Source: the human T2T-CHM13v2.0 reference genome, Homo sapiens
Direction: 5' to 3'
Assembly (NCBI GenBank): GCA_009914755.4
Contig: CP068257.2
Location: 36,768,001-36,832,000 of the forward strand
Length of the DNA: 64,000 bases
Shown here in pieces: positions 54,521 through 64,000 of this stretch. The position numbers and the translations under genes are program-made. Every line of letters begins with the position of its first letter. Position 1 is the stretch's first letter. The notes under the pieces were generated by a model. It made no database searches, was not told the origin of the DNA, and worked only from the letters and a program-made list of their open reading frames with translations.

Positions 54521-55902
54521 CTGGGCTGAGGGGGGACTCACAGCATGGCACATAAATTGACTGAGTTCCACCTGCAGTGAGCCTCCAGGTGGGCTTCACG
54601 AAATCGCCATCGCCTGTGGAAAGGGGAAGGTGCCACTTAGTGTAAGCTGCCTGTGATCTGGCTGGCCTGAGCTGGGGATGCTCAGATGGAGGAAAAGCAG
54701 CCTGCTCTGCACAGACCTGCCAGCCTGCTCACGAGAAGACAGTTTGCTTGTGGACCATGAGTGAGCAGGTGTTACCTCTTGGCTTATCCTGCTAGTCTAT
54801 CATGACTTGAGCTTTGGGGACCTCACAGCAAATTCAGGGCATTGGTAGGGAGCTCACGAGAGGCTGAGCAGGCGCTGAAACTCCCAGCCAGGCCCTTGGT
54901 GTGGATGGCACAGGAAAACAGCTGGTTTTAGTTTGGCCACACACTGACAGTTCTCCATTGTGTGAACACTTGGGGCTTTCTGGTGCGTGAGGCTAGAGTG
55001 AAGAAAGGGAGAGGGTGGCTGTGGACCACCGAAGCTGAAAAATGATGTCCTGTGTCTACACAACGTGCAATTAGATTACTGTCTGCAAGAATGCTGCTGT
55101 TTGATCTGGCAGTGGCCAAGCCAAACCCACAAGGACATCCCAGTTGGCTCGCAAAGCAGTGGTTCCTTTCTCTCCTGTTTTTCTTTTATTATGCTTTACA
55201 GAAACTCTATTATAATGGCAACAGATCTCGTTTCACCACTTGTATTTCATTTCAGGAGCTTGTAAGCACGTTAGGACTGAGGTTTTGTAGAATTCCACTA
55301 TTCGGTTGGGAACTAAGTCCTTCCTTTCTCTCAAAGCACATGGCCTTTTTCTCCGTGGGTACTGGATGGATAGGGATGGACAGAGGGCACTATTCCCAAG
55401 CTGGGTATTCTAGGCAGAAGGAGGTGGGCCATGTTCTGGAAAGACCTAAGCTGCAGAGAGTGCACTTCTCCCGTGGAGGTGTCTGCAAGATAGTCAGGGG
55501 CCACAAAGGTAACAGCCCACAAGTTCTAGCCAAAGAGTAATATTTGACTTACGTAACTTCCCCTTGGACTTGACTTCAAGTGGCATGTGCACTACAGGAA
55601 AGCCCATTATGCATAAGCTAAGAGGAGGGACAATTAGAAGAAGCTATTGGGCCAGGGGCCAGGAGATGGGCTAACTCCCTGGCACAGCTGGCCTGGGGCT
55701 TCCGAGTCTGGAAGGATGCAGGTGCAGGTAGTGGAGCGTTGAGGAGCTGCACTCCTGGCGGGGCTCCTCCAGAGGCAGGCAGCCACACACTGCTCTGCAG
55801 CATCTCATCTGTGAGCCCCTCCGTGGCAGAATCTGCGTCTCCGTGAACCCTGCCTCTGCCCTGGCCCCTCGAGCTGGGCTGACACAGCCCGGTGCTGGTT
55901 CA

Positions 55903-56367
<465 letters not shown>

Positions 56368-57564
56368 TCAGCTTTCTTTTCCCCCATTCCCCTTCAGGAA
56401 GCCCGTTGGATTGTTAATAGCAGAACACTGACTCACCACTTATGTTTCAATTCTTTCAGATCACTGAGCTTGAGCAGCCCCCTAGTGAACCTCTGACCTG
56501 ACACGCCACCCCCTTTACCACCCGCTGTCCAGTCAGGCTGAGCTCCAGCAGCAGCGGTGAACTGGCCCCCCAGAGCACACTGGTTTGGAGATCTAAAAAG
56601 TACAATGGGTCACCAGTCACTGATGAGTGCAGCATCCCTGGAAGTCAGGTGTGGGGGTCAGTTTCCTGTGTCAACTTGGCCAGGCCGTAGCACCCAGTGA
56701 CTTAATCAAATGCTAACTGAGGTTGTACTGGGAAGGCATTTGCACAGGTAGCTAGTCAGTTGAACTTGACTAAAGGAGATGATGTCAGATAATGTGAGTG
56801 GGCCTTGTCTAATCAGTTGAAGGCCTTAAGAACAAAGCCTGCGGTTTCCAGAGCAGAAGAAATTCTGCCTACTTTCCAGCCTGCCAGCCTCCCCTGCAGA
56901 TCTCAGACCTGCCCACTCCCACAACTGCATTAGCCAATTCCTTCAAATAAATATCTTAAAATGTAAAAATATCCTATAAGTTCTATTTCTCTAGAGAATC
57001 CCAACTGATACACCAGGCCAGCACCCAGACACAATGCCAGGAGACACACTGAGCTCTGGGGGAGACGGGCATGAGCTCTGTATCTTTCTCTTCTACAAAG
57101 GGGATTAGTGTCAGCCACTCCTCTCCCTCCCCCTGGAACATCCTTGTGGGTAGGGGACGATGACACTTGGTGACTGGTTGACATCTGTACATTGCTAGAT
57201 GCCTCAAAGCGGAGGCAGCCTCTGCAGCCAGTGTTCCTCCCCTGCCTATTACAACCCAGCTGCCCTTTTCCTCAAAGGAGGCACGTAGGCCTGGATTGAA
57301 GGCAGATGAGGTCCACCTTGTTCCCTTCATGAACAGCACCTGCCAAACCGACATCACCGAACCCACCGGAGGACCCGGAGGATGAAGAGGATGACATGAT
57401 GGTCTTCACTCGGTATCCACCCACCAAAACACATCACCGATGCTTTAGGAGCTGGAACAGCATTGAAAGTTTACGACGGCAGCAATCTGGGCAATGTTAG
57501 AATTCTATGAGCCCTGAGAGAGGAACTCTTAAAGTTCCCATTGTTTCCTTGAAAGAAAATGTCA

Positions 57565-57854
57565 AGGCCGGGCACGGTGGCTAACACCTGTAATCCCAGC
57601 AATCTGAGAGGCCAAGATGGGTGGATTGAGTTCGAGACCAGCCTGGCCAACATGGTGAAACCCCATCTCTACTAAAAATACAAAATTTAGCCAAGCATGG
57701 TGGCGGATGCCTGTAATCCCAGCTACTCAGGAGGCTGAGGCAGGGGAGTCGCTTGAACCCCGGGGGGTGCAGGTTGCAGTAAGCTGAGATCGTGCCACTT
57801 CCCTGCAGCCTGGGTAAAAAAGAGCAAAACTCCATCTAAAAGAAAAATAAAAAA
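57565..57854 (+). mobile_element. Alu SINE.
   Basis: ggccgggcacggtggctaacacctgtaatcccagcaatctgagaggccaagatgggtggattgag... TSD is gaaagaaaatgtcMag. Confidence 0.88.
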
Positions 57855-58049
57855 GAAAGAAAATGTCCAGTTCCCCTGAAAAAGATGTTTCCTGGAAAGA
57901 GACCCTCAGCGCAGCACCAGCCTTTCACTTGCCTGACAGAAAAACCACCCAAGAGCTTTCCCCAGTCTGCTGCGCTGAGGGCCCTGGGGCGGAACTGCCC
58001 TGGTGTCTTTCTTATGGACTGAAGCTCCTGGTGTCTTTCTTTCTTATAG

Positions 58050-58548
<499 letters not shown>

Positions 58549-59100
58549 AGAATGCTTATTTTATTTTAAATTCGGGAGTAACACAGTGAGAACAATAGAA
58601 ACTTTCATTTCTGGAGCACTGTTCTCGCCTCCTCACTCAGTCTCCCTTCGGAGGCTTGCTGAATCCAGACTGGCCCCAGGCCAGACTCTCAAACAAGGGC
58701 CAGGACATGGCTCACTCTGCCTGTTGTCCATCGGAAATCATCTCAGTGCCCTTTTGTCTGAGATGTTTCCTTCCTCTCTCCCCACTTTCCAACATCCCCC
58801 TCCTCCCTGCAGGTGAATTGCTCATAGGTAGAAATTAGCCTCTGCAGAAGAAAAGCTTTAGAAATGTGTCCCGGTCTTAGTGTCTCTGCCGTGATCACGC
58901 TGGCATATATGGGATCATATGACCCCACCCAAAACAGAATTCATTCAGTGTTTCCAGGCTGTGTTCCACCAACTGATCTACTGCATAAACACTGCTGCAT
59001 TCTTTAGAACATGATTACCCTGCATTCTTCTGTGTTTCCGAAATATATATAGTTAATGATCAACAGAAACATTGTATCAAATGCATAGGATTTATGGGTA

Positions 59101-59336
59101 AAAAATATTTACATGTAATCATTAATTTCCCACAACTTTGGTGTCCTGGACCCATCATTGCATTTTCTATCCAGGTCCTTCTGTAACTCCAGGAATGAAT
59201 CTCTTGATGAGATTCAAAAATATTTACATGTAATCATTAATTTCCCACAACTTTGGTGTCCTGGACCCATCATTGCATTTTCTACCCAGGTCCTTCTGTA
59301 ACTCCAGGAATGAATCTCCTGATGAGATTCAAGATG
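59101..59336. repeat. Tandem duplication: two ~118-bp copies, about 97% identical.
   Basis: aaaaatatttacatgtaatcattaatttcccacaactttggtgtcctggacccatcattgcattttctaYccaggtccttctgtaactccaggaatgaatctcYtgatgagattca is repeated head to tail. Confidence 0.9.
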
Positions 59337-60479
59337 GGCCTGCCTCGAGTTCCACTTAAAGGACCAGTGCGGTGGCAATATGTAGCATCAGAGCCAGTGC
59401 ACTTTCAAGAAGCAGATGCACAGACGCAAACTGACTTCTCAGAGTGGAGGAGTGTTCTGGCATCTCCCATCTCCCCATCTGGCACGTCCAGCCTTGCCGT
59501 TGACATTCCCTCTAGGACACTGTGACTTGGCACCTTCATTAACACCACACTAGGAATTGACGCAACCGTTTCCAGACTTATAAACTATGACACTTATAAT
59601 AAACCTTTTTAGCGTTAAAACATATATGTAACAAAAAGGCCCCATTACAGCTTCAACAGAGTGGAAAATGCTCAGGGTGTGGAGTCAAACACTCCTGGTT
59701 TAAATCCAAACTCTGATTCCATTTAAGTGGTGATTTGGGGTCAGACTGGAAATGCCTGATCACAGGTTTCTTCATCCATCAAATGGGGTCAAGTATACTT
59801 CATGAGGGGCTGCTCGGAGGACTGAGGGGCTACTGGATATAAAAGGGCTTTGTACACAGTAAAGTTTCCGAAAATGTGAGCTGTTCTTATGACCTGATGG
59901 TAGATTATGCAACATTTCGAAGAAATAATCTGTTCTTTATCCTAAGATTTGATATTCTTTTTCCTGAATATATATGGGGTATTAGATCATAATTGAAATT
60001 AATTTTACTTTTCAAAACTACACAGAATTCAACACTTTTTGAGGGCCAGGGACAGTTCTGCATTTGGTAATACATTTTACGTGACAGTTGTATGTTCATG
60101 ACAAACTCAGGGAAGCTAATAATTATGGGAGACACCGGAGAGGGCTTTATGTGTAAGCTAAGAGGAGGAAAAAAAAAAAAAACAAACAGCAGGCATTAAG
60201 AGAAGAGGACCGCAGAGATCAGAGGGTGGGGTGAGGGTGGAGGGCAGACAATGGAGATCCACTAGCAAATTCAAGTGGCTTGGACATACGCCGCACTGCC
60301 TGGCCACTAGCTGACACTCTCCCTTTGTGAAAACATAAGACGGCATTATTTTCCAGGCAATCAAACCTCAGATGAATTCTGCCATATGTGGGCAAGGCTC
60401 CCCTCCCACAGAGCCCTCGTGCCTGGGAAATAGAATTGAACACATCTTCAAAGAGAGTTCTTGGTAAATATACTACTAA

Positions 60480-60767
<288 letters not shown>

Positions 60768-60845
60768 TGACTGACTTCCACTTTGCCTTTGCAAAGGATA
60801 GGAAAATGGGAGGTCAGGGAGAGAAAGGGGCGGAAGTCTCCTTAC

Positions 60846-61063
60846 CTTGAGCCATTCACCTGGCTAGGGTTACATTCCATTTTGATGGTGACCCTGGCTG
60901 GGGGTTGAGACAGCCAATCCTGCTGAGGGACGCGTGGGCTCATCTTGGAAGTCTGTCCATAGTCGCTGGAGGAGGACGCGGTCATCTCTGTCTTAGCCAG
61001 GTGTGGCGTTCCGTAGGCACACTCAAACAACGACTGGTCCTCACTCACAACTGATAAGGCTTC
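60846..61063 (-). CDS. ERG: ERG coding exon, 218 bp, encoding [72 protein letters not shown](R). This is the exon commonly called exon 4 in the TMPRSS2-ERG literature.
   Basis: ORF 60842..61159(-) contains the exact ERG peptide. Acceptor is cattcag|GAAGCC (plus 61064-61070 reverse-complemented) and donor is CTCAAG|gtaag (plus 60841-60845 = cttac). The length of 218 bp matches the known exon. Confidence 0.95.
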
Positions 61064-64000
61064 CTGAATGCCCAAAGAAACACATAATTCAAGACACTCC
61101 AACAGACAGTCATGTTTCAAAAAGTTGTTGATTTCAGAGTCCTTTCTAACTGGGACCACATTTTAGATCGTTTTTATGGTCTCCATTTCTACCTTTCAGA
61201 AGAAAAAAGTAGCTTGTTTTTCTTTCCTCGGGACAGTAAGAGTTAGAAATGCCAGCCTAGAAAAACTTTTATGCAGGTCTCGAAGCATCCCAGGCTTGAC
61301 TGTGGCAGGGCAGCAGAATATCCACTTTAATCTCAACTTAAGGAAGTTGAATTTCAAAGGTCTTAGAAGACATCCAATTGCATGTGTCACTATTTGACAA
61401 ATGCAATCTATAATTCAAGCAGACAGGGTACAGAGCGGTCATGAGGATTAAAAAAAAGAAATCTGAAGGCCAACACCTAAGCATCTGGCAAAATTGCCAC
61501 ATTCCTGGGGATTTTGCGGAAGAGGGACTTAGAGGAAGACAGAGGGATCAATGGAGCACCAAAGGGCAACCAACCAAAGATACAAACGTTTCCACTCTAA
61601 GTTATTAGCCGAAGTACAGTTTCAAGTGGTGCTTCCATGATGGTGAGCATCTGGATGATAAATGAACCAAAAAAAAAAAAAAAAAAAAAAAAGCTGTGAA
61701 GTATCCAGATGCTTCCAAACAGCAGGATGTTTAAAATATCTGGATCACTGACAAGCTCTTTTTTCCCCTTACTTTCAATTAATATCTTCGCTCTTTTGCA
61801 TGATTTGGTGAGAAGAAATAGCAATTTGTCATTGTTGGATCAATCATTTTTCGTGGTTTTAAGTCAAACAAGTGGTTAGCCAATGGCTATGTTTATATTC
61901 TACAGCCAATGAGCAACGGCAAGTTTGGGAAATTTCAACGACTTAAATGATGGCTTGTGCTGCAATGACACAGAGCTGTTGTGATACAATCCAATTTTGG
62001 TTCTTATAACAGACAAAAAGAATTCCACATGAATGCTCATTTTTATATTAGTCCTTTGGCATCCTCAGTATTGACATCAACTAGTGAGAAGCAAAGGCTA
62101 GTTGGGCCACACATTTTTATTTAAAAAAAAAGAAAAAGAAAAGAACTTTGGAGGCAGAGCAGGGGAGGCAGGGGAGTGTGGGCTGCGCAGACCCTTCCAG
62201 TCCAAACTTGTCATCTCCAAATGAGAAATCTGAGACCCAGAAAGGTCTAGAGCTAATCTTGAATGAGCTGGCCATGATCAACCAGGGGATTAGTGATGGG
62301 AATGACTTGTGTATTACCATCTGCCTTCTCCTTGCCCCCACAGCCCTATGATGCCCTTTGTGACATTTTTTTCCTTTGGGACATGTGTTTAAATTAGCAC
62401 CCTCTTCCCCTTCTCTGAGATGACCTTTACATAAATAAGGGTGCTTCCCATCAGTAATCACACCCTAGAAGCAGCCCTTCTGAGATGGAGAGCTTCCTCT
62501 CCACCCAGAAGGATCAGAATTTTTAGGAAACAATCACCCCCAACTCCACATCTACTCTGTCGCTCGATCCTCCACCTGTCCCAGGACCAAGTTTTTTCCT
62601 TAGCTTCCCAAGTGCACAAACTTCTTTGCCAGACACACGGCACTGAGAATCAGCAAGGAGGAAGAATCAAAACAAACTCAAACCTCTGTCTCTCAAAGTG
62701 GTGGTCAGGTGTCTGTGCTAAAGCAAAAGCCCCCATCCTGGACTCCATAAGTATCTGTAGAATTACAGCCCTGTGACACCCTGGGAAAGACTAAGCCTGC
62801 TGTCCAAACAGTAATGCAAAATGTACCAAAGAGTCAGGTAGGCCAGACAGAGAACCAGAATCAGGCACAAGGGAAAAAAGTCATCTTGAATAGACAGCAA
62901 AATCAAACTCATCAACAACCAAAAATGATACGAGGCAGTGACACAGAAGTTGACAGTACAGAAACGGCATCCTAGATGTTAGGGAACCTGAAATTCATGG
63001 CTTTCTCTTCCAGTCACAATTGAGTGGCCAAAACAAGGAATCTAAACACATAGATGTGGGTTTCAAAGTAAAATCAGCACCATAGACTTAGTCATGCTAA
63101 TTAAGACAAAAATTAGACCTTATTAAAAAATTTTTGCAAAACAGATACTCCCTTCCCATGGTGGCACTGGCTAGTGTGTTTTACAGGCTCAGAACAGGAA
63201 ACAGAGCTGATGGCTGCTGCCTCTCTCCTTCCTGGGCCTGAGACTCGACCAAGGCTCGCAGGGGAATAACACACTATGTAATGTTAGCTTTGGCTCACCC
63301 ATGATGAGAAACATGAACAAATGTGTGATTTATATCAGAAATTGGCGAAAACAGGTTATATATATAAGAAACAGGCTAAATTTAAAATTACAAACTAAAA
63401 AGGAAATGGCTGCAACAATAACAAACAAGCAATAACTTTAAAGTATTAGTATTTCTCCAAGATAAAGTAAGCTTACTTCTGCAAACAAAGCCAATAGCCA
63501 CAAAAATGTAGTGTAAGTTTGAATAATAAAAAAAAGACCAAAATATTAGAACTAAAATGAAGCTTAAGTGTGTGTTTGTAGGGGAAGGAATCCATTCTCA
63601 CATCTGGCAAAGCATTATTTCAGCACATGGTTTTCTAAAGAAAGAAATCAAAGTTAATTGAGATCGATTTAGGAAGGAAAAAACCCTCAGAAATGCTAGA
63701 GATGGGGGAGGCATGCCTCCTTTTTTTGCATCTTAAAATTCTTCTCACAGCTAATATTGCACAAAAATGAGGAAGGGAATATAATTCAGAATATTGAAAG
63801 CAACCCCTCAGTTGCTTTTGTTCATTAGAAGGGAAAAATTCTGAAAATAAGGAAGCTTCAGGATAAACACTTCAAAAGAGGTGAAATACAGTCCACATTT
63901 TGAAAAGACAGAGCAACCCAAACTATGCCCCAAAGACTTTGTTGATTGTCACTCAACAAAGGCTGCTGAACACCTAGGATGAAGTACAGCTCAGGAAAAG

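Noticed and set aside
55052-55540. 162-aa ORF on the plus strand in unique sequence.
   Set aside because: No resemblance to any known protein, the wrong strand relative to ERG, no splice or promoter context, and ordinary intronic composition. Treated as a chance ORF.
60842-61159. The ORF extends about 32 codons upstream of the 218-bp exon acceptor ([32 protein letters not shown]...).
   Set aside because: The real ERG sequence (..IKEALSVV) begins exactly at the cattcag| acceptor. The extension is intronic read-through in the same frame, not coding.

Overview
Human (primate) genomic DNA, not prokaryotic. The window is dense in Alu SINEs with target-site duplications, plus MIR and L1 fragments and microsatellites, and it is CpG-depleted overall. 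It lies inside the ERG gene (ETS transcription factor, chr21q22), which is transcribed on the minus strand of the window. Eight consecutive internal ERG coding exons can be placed exactly, with lengths 218, 152, 204, 81, 72, 69, 57 and 48 bp. Each placement rests on a six-frame ORF peptide that matches remembered ERG protein sequence and on canonical AG/GT splice sites. The set covers the whole PNT (pointed) domain and the alternatively spliced A81 and A72 cassette exons. The ETS DNA-binding domain exon and the 5' exons and promoters are outside the window. Everything else is intron: at least 22 Alu insertions (young AluY copies with clean TSDs and older ones), one inverted Alu-Alu hairpin structure, and a 3' L1 fragment in minus orientation that has been invaded by a ~570-bp TG/TA minisatellite. 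There are also several MIR fossils, two MER5-like hAT MITE copies, (GT)n and (CT)n microsatellites and an AT-rich palindromic block. No undescribed protein-coding system is evident. The most interesting points are a strong candidate alternative 3'-terminal exon between the 81-bp and 72-bp exons, and an unusually long polypyrimidine tract in front of the 81-bp cassette exon. Other points are the Alu configurations that favour dsRNA or back-splicing, CpG-retaining patches that may be intronic regulatory elements, and the repeat structures relevant to ERG fusion breakpoints.
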